NCBI GenBank assembly: GCA_937884755.1
Contig: CAKZYJ010000469.1
Coordinates: forward strand, 7,666 to 71,665
From: an uncultured Flammeovirgaceae bacterium
GTDB taxonomy: Bacteria; Bacteroidota; Bacteroidia; Cytophagales; Cyclobacteriaceae
Length of the DNA stretch: 64,000 bases
Direction of reading: 5' to 3'
Below are positions 31,396 to 40,800 of the stretch, piece by piece. Numbering within the stretch: the stretch's first letter is position 1; the number at the start of each line of letters is the position of its first letter. A program made the position numbers and the translations under genes. The notes beneath the pieces are model-generated. The model saw only the letters and a program-made list of their open reading frames with translations, had not been told where the DNA came from and searched no databases.

Positions 31396-31968
31396 ATGAA
31401 ACCTATCCAGTTATATGCTATTTTCTTCACATTTCTTTTCGCATTCACACTGAATGGCTGGGCACAGACGACCTACCGGATAGCGGAAGAAAGCAAAATG
31501 GTTATAAAGGGCACTTCCACCCTTCACGATTGGGAAAGCAAGGTAACTGAACTTGAAGGCGAAGCTCAGATTGAGATGAAGGGGCAGCAGCCTCACTTCC
31601 AACAAGTTACGCTTACTGTGCCGGTAAAATCCATCAAGAGCGAATATGAGGCTATGGATACAAATACGTTTAATGCTCTTCAGGAAGAAGAATATCCTAC
31701 CATTCAGTTTACGCTGAACGAGATTGAAAGCATCAGTGAGAAAGAAATTAAAGCAACGGGTGATTTGACAGTGGCTGGAAATACCCAACCTATAGCAGTG
31801 AGCGTCGAGTACGAAATGACCGCGCCTGACCAGATTAGTCTTAAGGGTAGCCACGCCCTTAAGATGACTGATTTTGGAATAGAACCGCCAACAGCTGTTT
31901 TCGGCACTATTGAAACTAGTGACGAAATTACTGTGGATTACACTCTGCAATTGAGCGCGGCAAATTGA
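31396..31968 (+). CDS. YceI family protein
   Basis: Signal peptide; I.GTSTLHDW, YP.I.F.L, GDLTVAG and LKMTDFGIEPP. Confidence 0.9.
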   Translation: MKPIQLYAIFFTFLFAFTLNGWAQTTYRIAEESKMVIKGTSTLHDWESKVTELEGEAQIEMKGQQPHFQQVTLTVPVKSIKSEYEAMDTNTFNALQEEEYPTIQFTLNEIESISEKEIKATGDLTVAGNTQPIAVSVEYEMTAPDQISLKGSHALKMTDFGIEPPTAVFGTIETSDEITVDYTLQLSAAN

Positions 31969-32064
31969 TACTTGAAGAGAAAGCTGATGCGCCAACCTTG
32001 ACTATCTATAAAAAAAGCAAACCAGCTGAGCCGGTTCGCTTGGTAGTCTTAGGTCATTATTTAA

Positions 32065-32940
32065 TTATTGTCCGGCACTATTGTCTACTGCTTCAACGGT
32101 ATAGCCTTGCTCCTGTAGTAATGCAATTACTCCCTGAGGGCCACCCAAGTGAGCGGCTCCCACCGCAAAAAAGACAGGTTGTTGTTTTAGCATTTCTTCC
32201 ATCTTCGGAATCCACTTTAGATTACGATCGGTAAGTAGCACTTTTTCAGCATCTTCCATATCCTGCATGGCTTCGTGGGTAATGTCGTACAGTTTCGTTA
32301 CACTTCCTGCCTGGTAGGCTTCAAGCATCAACTTGGTTTCAGCTACAGTTTCACCGTACTTTTCAATAGCTTCTACTAGGTAATCGGACTGCTCTTCCAG
32401 GGGAATAGCGTCAAACACGGCAATCTGGTCTTCTACCGATTCCAAGCCTAGTACTTCTTTTTCTTGTCCTTTGGCTCGCTGGGCTAATACCATTTCGTAA
32501 GAGCCGGGTTGGCAGTCCAGCACATCCAGAAAAGTGAGTGTACTCAGCATCAGAGGTTTCATGGTATTCAGCATCTGAATCGGAATCTTTAGCGAATCTT
32601 GCAGATAGTCGCCTACCATCTGGTATTCTTCTTCACTAAGCAAATCGTTCAGCGTGGTTCCGTCAGTCATCATAGCTGCCTTCTGCGTCTCCATCACAAT
32701 GTTAGGTTCGTCCATATCCAGCTCCATCACCACCTTCTCCGAGTTCTCTAAAGCGCTTTCCATCGCTTCGGTCACCTGAATATCGTCAGGGCACATTAGG
32801 TGGATGGTACCAAACAGATAAGAAGGTTGTGCCAAGCCATTGCCAGAGATTTGCCAAAGCAGTGAATTATCGTCTTGCGCCTGCACAAGCATGCTCAGTG
32901 GAATTAAAGCAGTTATAAGTGCGATGAACGTCTTTTTCAT
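32065..32940 (-). CDS. TraB/GumN (Tiki-like) family protein
   Basis: Motifs SLLWQISGNG...SYLFGTIH, GLES..DQ, DRN.KW and FFAVGAAHLGG. Likely start is MKKTF at 32940. Confidence 0.9.
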   Translation of the reverse strand: MKKTFIALITALIPLSMLVQAQDDNSLLWQISGNGLAQPSYLFGTIHLMCPDDIQVTEAMESALENSEKVVMELDMDEPNIVMETQKAAMMTDGTTLNDLLSEEEYQMVGDYLQDSLKIPIQMLNTMKPLMLSTLTFLDVLDCQPGSYEMVLAQRAKGQEKEVLGLESVEDQIAVFDAIPLEEQSDYLVEAIEKYGETVAETKLMLEAYQAGSVTKLYDITHEAMQDMEDAEKVLLTDRNLKWIPKMEEMLKQQPVFFAVGAAHLGGPQGVIALLQEQGYTVEAVDNSAGQ

Positions 32941-33038
32941 GGTTGTAATTATTAAATTTCGGATTATGTTCATTGCGTTAGTATTGGGGAGTTCGCCTTT
33001 CTTACAATTGATGAGTAAAATCTTTTTTGTAAATTTTT

Positions 33039-33070
33039 TGTAAGAAAACCGTAAGCCTTACTACTAATGG
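33039..33070 (+). promoter_or_regulatory. candidate ECF autoregulatory promoter
   Basis: TGTAAGAAA-N12-ACTACT-AATGG upstream of the sigma ATG. Confidence 0.35.
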
Positions 33071-33088
33071 GGTGTAAGTACTGAAAAG

Positions 33089-33601
33089 ATGCAGCAAAAG
33101 CAGAAATTTCATAGGTTTCTTAATGAGCATACTGCCGTCATCCGGAAAGTATGTCGACTGTATACCGATAACCAAACCGATTTCCACGATTATTTTCAGG
33201 AGGTGGTACTTCAGCTCTGGCGTTCGTTCGGCTCGTTCCGGGGCGAATCCAAAGCTTCTACCTGGGTGTATCGCGTAGCGTTGAACGTATGCCTATCGCA
33301 ATTAAAGCTAAGGAAGCGACGGGTAGTAGCTACTACCATAGACCCAGAAGCCGCCCAACGCTGGGCCGACGAACCCTACGATACTACTGAAGAAGAGCAG
33401 CTTAAACAATTGTACACAGCTATCCGCCAACTGAAAGAAATAGATCGGGCGATTATTCTGCTGTATCTGGAAGAGCGAAGCTACGATGAGATGGCGGACA
33501 TTCTGGGAATAAGCCAGAGTAATGTAGGGGTACGTATCAATCGAATTAAAAAACAATTAAATAAACTGATTCATGGAAGAGCTACAAGCGCTGTGGCGTA
33601 A
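33089..33601 (+). CDS. ECF RNA polymerase sigma factor
   Basis: Motifs DYFQEVVLQLW, STWVYRVALN and EMADILGISQSNVGVRINRIK. Confidence 0.93.
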   Translation: MQQKQKFHRFLNEHTAVIRKVCRLYTDNQTDFHDYFQEVVLQLWRSFGSFRGESKASTWVYRVALNVCLSQLKLRKRRVVATTIDPEAAQRWADEPYDTTEEEQLKQLYTAIRQLKEIDRAIILLYLEERSYDEMADILGISQSNVGVRINRIKKQLNKLIHGRATSAVA

Positions 33602-34163
33602 CGCATCCGTTAGCGAAGAACGTCCGGTAAGCCCACAAGAGCTCGATGCTATGGTAAATCATCGCTCTTCGGACGAGTTGCAGAAATTTCGGCAGGTGAT
33701 TATGCTGGAATACGCTTTTACCTGGGTAATTATTCCGTTACTGATTGTCGGCGCCATCTGGCGTCCTCAGTATCTGGTGGCTGCTATTCCTTTAGTGGCA
33801 CTGATGGGCTATTTGCTGTACTTCTACCGACGTACGCTGAAGCAGTTTGATCAGATTCACGTGGCGGATGATCTACAAACTTATCTACAACGGGCACTTA
33901 CCTTTTTAAAAGCCTACGTACGCCACTACAAGATTGTCTGCTGGGCCAGCGGTGCGGTAGGTTTTGTCACTGGCTACCTGATGGGACTGGAAGAAGAAGA
34001 TGAAGGAGGTATGTTAATAGAGTCTTCTCCAATCTGGGATTTGGCCCTGGTGGCTGGCAGTATTATGCTAGTACTCCTCTTCTGCCACTTCTACATCAAG
34101 CATCTCTATCAAGCTCGTATCAACAACCTGGAAAAACTGCTAGGTGAATTCTCGGAAGCCTAG
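33573..34163 (+). CDS. 4-TM putative anti-sigma factor
   Basis: Begins MEELQALW, has four hydrophobic helices, and overlaps the sigma stop. Confidence 0.7.
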   Translation: MEELQALWRNASVSEERPVSPQELDAMVNHRSSDELQKFRQVIMLEYAFTWVIIPLLIVGAIWRPQYLVAAIPLVALMGYLLYFYRRTLKQFDQIHVADDLQTYLQRALTFLKAYVRHYKIVCWASGAVGFVTGYLMGLEEEDEGGMLIESSPIWDLALVAGSIMLVLLFCHFYIKHLYQARINNLEKLLGEFSEA

Positions 34164-34173
34164 GTCTTAAGCA

Positions 34174-34725
34174 ATGAAAGATTTATCTGTACCCATGAAC
34201 CGTATGCATTTATCCATGCTGCCGTTTATTTTTGCCAGTGGTCTGCTAGTGGTTATCTACGGACTACTCTGGGGTTGGAACGCAGTGTTTGAAGGGTTTG
34301 ATACCTTTCTGGATTTCAGAAACTTCGTTCCAACATTTATTCTGGGAGTGATTGCCCATGAAGGGCTGCACGGTGCTGGTTGGAAGTATGCTGCCAACCT
34401 GAAGTGGTCGGATTTTACTTACGGAGTGCAATGGAATACCCTCACTCCCTACGCCCATAGTAAAAAGCCAATGCGAAAATCAACTTACTTAGTAGGCTCG
34501 CTGCTACCCGCTATTGTACTTGGCATTATCCCTTACCTGATTGCGCTGATTATTGGCCATCACTGGTTGATGATGTTTGGCTTCGTATTCACGCTGGCTG
34601 CCGGAGGCGACTTCTGGATTGTGTATACCTTACGTCATACTCCAGCTGATGCCTGGGTGCAGGATCATCCGGAAAACGCCGGTTGCATCGTATATGATGT
34701 TGAGGAAAAGAAGAACTACTTATAG
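34174..34725 (+). CDS. DUF3267 putative membrane zinc peptidase
   Basis: HEGLHG (HExxH) inside a hydrophobic segment; motifs PYAH, LLPAIVLG and AGGD. Confidence 0.8.
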   Translation: MKDLSVPMNRMHLSMLPFIFASGLLVVIYGLLWGWNAVFEGFDTFLDFRNFVPTFILGVIAHEGLHGAGWKYAANLKWSDFTYGVQWNTLTPYAHSKKPMRKSTYLVGSLLPAIVLGIIPYLIALIIGHHWLMMFGFVFTLAAGGDFWIVYTLRHTPADAWVQDHPENAGCIVYDVEEKKNYL

Positions 34726-34752
34726 TTTGAAATTTCTCAACAGATCTTTAGC

Positions 34753-35814
34753 TTATTCAGCACTAGGCCCTTGTAAACGCTCTTGGTGTTTGGTTGGTGG
34801 TTTTTCAATAACATTGACCACCTCTTCTTGCTGCTGATCAGCAGTCACATTGAGTGTCTTAGACATTCTATGAATCACAGTATCTAACTCTTTCGCCGAT
34901 TCGGTTACAAAATGGGTGAATGTTTGATGATCCTCTGCGCTTTTAGCGTTCTCCAAAACATAAGCGGCACCTAGTATACGGGCTAACGGACCTCGTATCG
35001 TGTGAGCATTCAGAAAGGCATATTGAGCAAGCTGTTCATTTCGTTGATGTAAAAGTTCTGTTCGTTCCTCTACTATTTGCTCTAAGTTGTTATTAATTGC
35101 AATAATCTCTTCATTAGCCATTTGGAGTTCTTCGCTACTTTCTTGAAGCTGCTGTCTGATTTTCTCCAGCTCTAGCTCTCGTTGCTTTATTGGGGTAATA
35201 TCAGTAATCCTGATAATTTGGTAGTTATGTTCATGAAGAGAAAAGGTATACAATGATACCTGTCCCCAAATTATATTGCCCTTTGCGGTAGTCAATGTTG
35301 CTTCGGTAGAGAAGGTATCCCCAGACGAAGTAAGTTCAGCCAGAATAGACAGCGACTTATTCAGCGAGCAGAAAAAACTCGGAGCGTACGTATCTAACTT
35401 GTTCAACGAACCAATACCGCATAACTGCAAAGCCATACGGTTACACTGCTCTATTATTTGGTCATTGGTCCGGACTAAGAAAATGGCATCAGGATTATGA
35501 TGTAATACATGGTGCAACCTTTTCTCACTATCAACAATATGCCGCCGTACAGTATGTTCCTGGTACTGTATCATTCGGCCGATAATGTAGGCAGTCCCTG
35601 ATAAAACCAGTGGTGCAGAGTCTACTATGAAGTGGATGGGGTTCAGCGTATGAATCTGTATGACTGAGATCAGACTCACCGGAAGATCGTGCAGTAATAG
35701 ATCCAGTGTGATTGCCCCCATCGGAAAAATAAGCCCAAAACAAAAACCCACCAGTACAAAATCTCTTAAAGAGAATCTCGTGCGGCGGGGAGAAGGCTGA
35801 TAATTGTCGGGCAT
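34753..35814 (-). CDS. 2-TM + PAS + HisKA protein lacking an ATPase domain
   Basis: TM helices, a PAS-like segment (NPDAIF, RITDIT), a coiled coil and NAHTIRGPLARILG. No N/G boxes follow. Confidence 0.7.
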   Translation of the reverse strand: MPDNYQPSPRRTRFSLRDFVLVGFCFGLIFPMGAITLDLLLHDLPVSLISVIQIHTLNPIHFIVDSAPLVLSGTAYIIGRMIQYQEHTVRRHIVDSEKRLHHVLHHNPDAIFLVRTNDQIIEQCNRMALQLCGIGSLNKLDTYAPSFFCSLNKSLSILAELTSSGDTFSTEATLTTAKGNIIWGQVSLYTFSLHEHNYQIIRITDITPIKQRELELEKIRQQLQESSEELQMANEEIIAINNNLEQIVEERTELLHQRNEQLAQYAFLNAHTIRGPLARILGAAYVLENAKSAEDHQTFTHFVTESAKELDTVIHRMSKTLNVTADQQQEEVVNVIEKPPTKHQERLQGPSAE

Positions 35815-35954
35815 AAGTAAAAAATTTCTTTTGGCTGGTTCAAATCCACAAAATTACTGCTGGAAATTCCGATTAATTACACATTGCAGTGTAAATATTA
35901 CATACGTCGTATTTTCTTATTTTTACAGTCATATCCAGTGACAATTTTGCCTTC

Positions 35955-36917
35955 ATGAACCGTATTGACCGCCTCGCCGCCATTCTTATTCAACTGCAGA
36001 GCCAGCGTATAACGCGAGCGCAAGACATTGCCGACCGTTTTGATATCAGCCTACGAACAGTGTACCGTGATATTCGGGCATTGGAGGAGGCGGGTGTACC
36101 GATAGGTTCCGAAGCTGGAGTAGGCTACTTTTTGGCGGGTGGCTACCGCCTTCCCCCGGTTCACTTCACGCCCGAAGAAGCTCGCTCACTACTGGTAGCC
36201 GGAAAATTCGTGGACCGGCTTACCGATGCATCCGTTCAAAAGCAGCACGAGGGTGCGTTGTACAAAATCAAAGCCGTGCTGAAGGAAGAGCACCAGGAGA
36301 TGTTGGATGACCTGGAGAACAAAGTAGCGGTGCTTAATCCACCTAGCCAAAACCAGGAACCAGCCGAACTACACCTGGAGAAAATTCAACAAGCCTTATT
36401 AGCACGCAGGGTAGTGGAAATGGACTACTTCTCACCCGGTAGTGGGCAGTTTACCCGACGAGGCATTGAACCCATCGGTATGGTATATTACGGAGATGCC
36501 TGGCACATCATCGCTTACTGCCAACTACGGCAGGACTACCGCGACTTCCGCCTCGACCGCATGAGTAAGTTAGAAGTAACTTCCCAGCGCTATCATCTAC
36601 GTGACCGCCTCAGCCTGGAACAATACCTAAGTCGGCAGAGTCAAACGACCGATGCAGTGTTGGCAAAAGTCCGCTTTCTGAATTCGGTAGTTCAGTTTAT
36701 TGTGCAAGAACGCTATCGCTACGGATTTATGCGAGAAGAAACTACCGACGAAGGAGTAGAATGTTGGTTCCTGGTCCCCCAAATGGAATACTTCGCTCGC
36801 TGGCTACTGACGTACGGCAGCGGAGTAACCATCATCTCACCGCCTCAACTCCAAGATATGACTCAAACCCTGATTCACGAACTGGTACAGCACTACGGGA
36901 ATAATAATGATGAATGA
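35955..36917 (+). CDS. YafY/WYL-domain transcriptional regulator
   Basis: Winged HTH (SLRTVYRDIRAL, GVGY), WYL domain (WHIIAYC.LR.DYR.FR.DR) and a WCX tail. Confidence 0.93.
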   Translation: MNRIDRLAAILIQLQSQRITRAQDIADRFDISLRTVYRDIRALEEAGVPIGSEAGVGYFLAGGYRLPPVHFTPEEARSLLVAGKFVDRLTDASVQKQHEGALYKIKAVLKEEHQEMLDDLENKVAVLNPPSQNQEPAELHLEKIQQALLARRVVEMDYFSPGSGQFTRRGIEPIGMVYYGDAWHIIAYCQLRQDYRDFRLDRMSKLEVTSQRYHLRDRLSLEQYLSRQSQTTDAVLAKVRFLNSVVQFIVQERYRYGFMREETTDEGVECWFLVPQMEYFARWLLTYGSGVTIISPPQLQDMTQTLIHELVQHYGNNNDE

Positions 36918-36988
36918 GTAATGACTGATGATGAATACCAGGGACGTAGCCACTCATTAACCATTACTCGTTACAAAAAGAACCCTAC

Positions 36989-37004
36989 TGACATAGGGCT
37001 GTCA
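36989..37004. promoter_or_regulatory. TGACA-N6-TGTCA palindrome, candidate WYL operator
   Basis: Perfect inverted repeat about 50 bp upstream of the VOC gene. Confidence 0.55.
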
Positions 37005-37054
37005 CTCCGGGCTACGACCTTAGGGCTATTGTTTCACTAAACCCATTAATCACT

Positions 37055-37426
37055 ATGATGTATCCTGGATTTAACACCGAAAAATTGGCCGAAAGCAAAG
37101 CATTCTACACTCAGCACTTTGGCTTTGAAGTAATCTTCGAGGACAGTTGGTTTGTACTACTGAAACGAGGCGACTACGAACTGGGCTTTATGCAACCTGG
37201 ATTACCGCAACAGAACCCGCTATTTCAACCGGCCTTCGGTGGCGGTAGCTGGCTAGCTTTTGAAACTGACGATGCTCATCGTGAATACGAACGCTTACAG
37301 CAGGCAGGAGTACCGATTGTTGCCGAAATTAAAGATGAGAGTTGGGGCGACCGCCATTTCGTAGTCAAAGACCCAAACGGCATTGGAGTAGACATCTACC
37401 AGCGCATTGAAGTAGCAGCGAGCTAA
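37055..37426 (+). CDS. VOC/glyoxalase/bleomycin-resistance family protein
   Basis: Motifs SKAFY...FGF and E.WG.RHF.V.DPNG. Confidence 0.9.
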   Translation: MMYPGFNTEKLAESKAFYTQHFGFEVIFEDSWFVLLKRGDYELGFMQPGLPQQNPLFQPAFGGGSWLAFETDDAHREYERLQQAGVPIVAEIKDESWGDRHFVVKDPNGIGVDIYQRIEVAAS

Positions 37427-37438
37427 AATTGGAAAGGT

Positions 37439-37474
37439 AATGGAGCGAGAGCAACTCTCGCTCCATTCTTCTTT
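37439..37474 (+). terminator. intrinsic terminator
   Basis: 13-bp perfect stem AATGGAGCGAGAG-caa-CTCTCGCTCCATT followed by CTTCTTT. Confidence 0.8.
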
Positions 37475-37524
37475 AATGTAGAGTCTGATAGTGGTTGGTA
37501 TTCCGACAGTAAACGGACGGAGAT

Positions 37525-37829
37525 AGGATACCGCGCCCGACGATCGGTGACTCGGCGTTAAGCTTTTTGTAGCGGATGTAGATTCTGTGGTGTAGTATCA
37601 AAATCTAAATCAAACCGGTACCTGCCGTAGTGACAGTGACCGCGTTATTAATTTACTCATGCCGAGCTAGGGAAAGGTGCATCAGATCATCTTCGTTTAC
37701 TTTATATCCCTCTTTGACAAGATTATCAATGACAGCCAGCATTTACACCGTGTTCCTAACGATAACAGCGTTGGCGAGTAGATTAATACATCCAGCCTGA
37801 TACTGTTGGGCTTCTTCTTGCTTCTGACG
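37525..37829 (-). mobile_element. decayed Tn3-family transposon end: C-terminal tnpA fragment plus degenerate 38-bp terminal repeat
   Basis: The minus strand reads RQKQEEAQQYQAGCINLLANAVIVRNTV*MLAVIDNLVKEGYKVNEDDLMHLSLARHE*IN/(frameshift)YGRYRFDLDFDTTPQNLHPLQKA*. Its TAA (37558-37560) overlaps the CGTTAAG end of a 38-bp tract at 37525-37562. Confidence 0.8.
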
Positions 37830-37846
37830 ATTTTTTTTCTTTGTAA

Positions 37847-37878
37847 GTTACCTTTTCTTTCGTGTGAAGACTATTGGG
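37847..37878 (+). promoter_or_regulatory. candidate ECF promoter of the sigma fusion gene
   Basis: GTTACCTTTT-N-GACT-ATTGGG about 25 bp upstream of the ATG. Confidence 0.3.
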
Positions 37879-37899
37879 TTAATGATAACGATGTAGGAA

Positions 37900-40800
37900 A
37901 TGAAAACCGAAAAACAAAAAGCATTCATGGTGGCCTATGAACTGTGTCATACGGAGTTTTTGCGTTACTGTTCTGTAGTAAGCTACGGAAGGATGGATAG
38001 GGAGGACTTAGTGCAAGATGTAGTGTACTCCGCTTATCGGAACTTCCATAAAATCAGGAATAAGGAAGACTTATTACATTACTTAATAAGAGCAGCTAGA
38101 AACCGAGTAATCACGGAAAGAAGAAAACGGATTAGGAACGTTCAATGGTCTGAGTCGCGCGCTCATCAATTACTGTCAAAAAATGTTTCCGCAGAAACGT
38201 TACTGGATATCCAATTCCTGTACGATGCCCTACGCTCACTTCCTGAAATTCAGGCAACATCGCTCGTACTTTTTGAAGTTCACGGATTTAAGATGAGAGA
38301 GATCGCTTCTATAATGAATTCAACAGAAGCATCAGTTAAAATGCAGGTAAGTAGAGCTAGAAAAAAACTTCGTTCCATCCTGTCCCAAGATCAAACCGAT
38401 AGAAAGAAACAACGAACAATTCCCCCATTCCTGATCGGGGTAGACAAAAGCTCAAAAGTTGGCTTGGAAGATACTTGGTGCGAAGTATTGAAAAATGTGC
38501 CGCCAGCATACGACGTAAACAACACCATAGATACTCTCGCCCATCTTGAAAAAAAGACTACTACTCACTATTTCCTAGCGAATAATCTACCCTACTACAT
38601 GTCAGTAGCAGTCAGTATGATTACTATGCTTATCTTGTTGCTACCATTATTTGTAAATAAAACAGGAATAACAACGCCGTCAGTTGCCAGTCAAGAAGGA
38701 GTTGATTTTCCAATTAATTCAGAGTCTCAGTTTCAACCGGGCCAAAAAGAGCTGATGCCGATAGCGGTACTTGGATTAGATCAACAACCTTTAACCGCTG
38801 CCACGGGGGTTATATCCCAGAAAATTCTGAGCAATTCGGTACCTACTAGCTTACCAAGATCACGAAAGGCTTCTTACCCGCAAAGTCAATTGTATTCTTC
38901 TCAGAAGCATTACGGTGAATATACTATTACCGGAAAGTGGAATGTTAAAGAAGGAGATAACACTAGTTGTATTCATTTCCATTTTGTCGAATCTGGGAAA
39001 GACTGGAAGACAAAATGGAAGTTTAATGAATGTTTTGAGGATCAGAATCTTGAAGATTTTTTGGATGGGAAAAGTACTATTGCGGTGCTGGAAAGATCGG
39101 CTGGACAATTGGTCCTAAGTACTACCAAAAAATCACATAGGGGCACATTTCGGTTTCGCCCCAATGAATCGTTTAAATCATATTTGGAAGACTTGGGCTT
39201 TGACCCACACGCCCAGCCTACTAAGATAGTCTCCGTTACAGGCTCTCACAAGTATACGGGAGATAGTACGCTCGTGTATAGTAACGCACCTGTAGATGTT
39301 TTATGGTATAAATTTTTTGCTGCGGATATCAACTCGCACTATATTAATTATTTGAGGAGTCATGGTTATTTAAGAAAGGATATAAACCAGCTTTGGGAGC
39401 TCGCCGACCAAGAAGTTAGCATCTCATTTCTTGAGGAAATAGTACCCTATCGAACTCTCACTGTCGACTCCTTACGTCTTGCTGATATTGCTAAGTTGAA
39501 AATGTTAGAAGTGAATCCCTCTCTTTTAAGAACAATCGCTGAATGTAACATTGAGAATTTAACTGTAGAGGATATTATTTCTATACACCAACTACAAATA
39601 CCCTCTTCTTACATAAATAATCTATGTGAGTCGCTTATTGATACCCTAACAGCTGAATACATCATTAGGTCATTTCTAATGACAACCTCTGGAGATCGTA
39701 GCAGAACTAATACTATTTTCGCGAGCAAGAAGAAACAATCTACCAACAGAGCTAATTATAGGAACCAAGTAGTGTTTGAAAATGAAGAACGCCAAGTTAT
39801 ACCTCTTTCATCGTTCAATAAACTCATCCTTCACGGAAATATAAAAGTAGGAATCGCAAAATATGATGTAAACCAGGCTATCGTGTTTGGAGATGAGACT
39901 ACCGCATCCAGGGTAAAGGTCGAACTTAAAGGAAACACCTTAACCATTTCTCCTAAACTAGGATTCAGATCCAAGTTTAAGTATGATGTAATTGTCTCCG
40001 GAGAGAACATTATTGACATGGTTGTTAGAAATGGGGCTAAACCTTTTTCTATTGACATGCCCAAGAATACAGTAGATACACTCTCCTCGTTTATCGAAAG
40101 GAAAATGGCTTCTCAAAATATTGTGGGCTACCAAATTTTAGTTATTGAGCATGGAGAGACTACTTTTCAGTTTAACAGTGGGTTTTTAAAAGATGGTAAC
40201 CCAAATAAAGTCAATGAAAATACTGTATTCATGATTGCCTCCTTAACAAAACCTATTTATGCGCTGGCTGTCATGAAATTAGTAGATAAAGGATTAGTAA
40301 GTCTGGATGATCCTATTAATGATTACCTACCTACCCCTGTTCACAATCCATACTTCCCAGAAGATACTATCACCTTTAGAATGTTATTGGCTCATACCAG
40401 CAGCATCAAAGATAATTGGGAGATACTAGGGAATATATATCATCCCAATTCATCCATTTCAGAAGAGTTGACAATAACAAGGTTTGTAAAAGATTACTTT
40501 TATAAATCAGGAAAGTATTTTAACCCAGAATCTAATTTTCATCAAGAAGCACCAGAATTAATCTGGGACTATTCCAACGCCAGCTACATACTACTAGGTC
40601 ATTTGATTGAAGAGATTACCTCTAAAAAAATGAAAGACTTTTGTCAACAAGAAATTTTCACACCATTAGGCATGAATAATACTTTTTGGTATCTGCACGA
40701 TATTTCCCATGATAATATAAGTTATCCACATAGAATAGAAAACGAAAAAATAATCCCACTTCCCCATTATGGCTATCCGTCGTTTCCAGAGGGACAGATT

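Noticed and set aside
31411-31995. 194-aa antisense ORF
   Set aside because: It is the shadow of the YceI gene and has no recognisable motifs.
32065-32940. Conjugation function for TraB/GumN
   Set aside because: There are no other tra genes, and the family is a Tiki-like metalloprotease fold.
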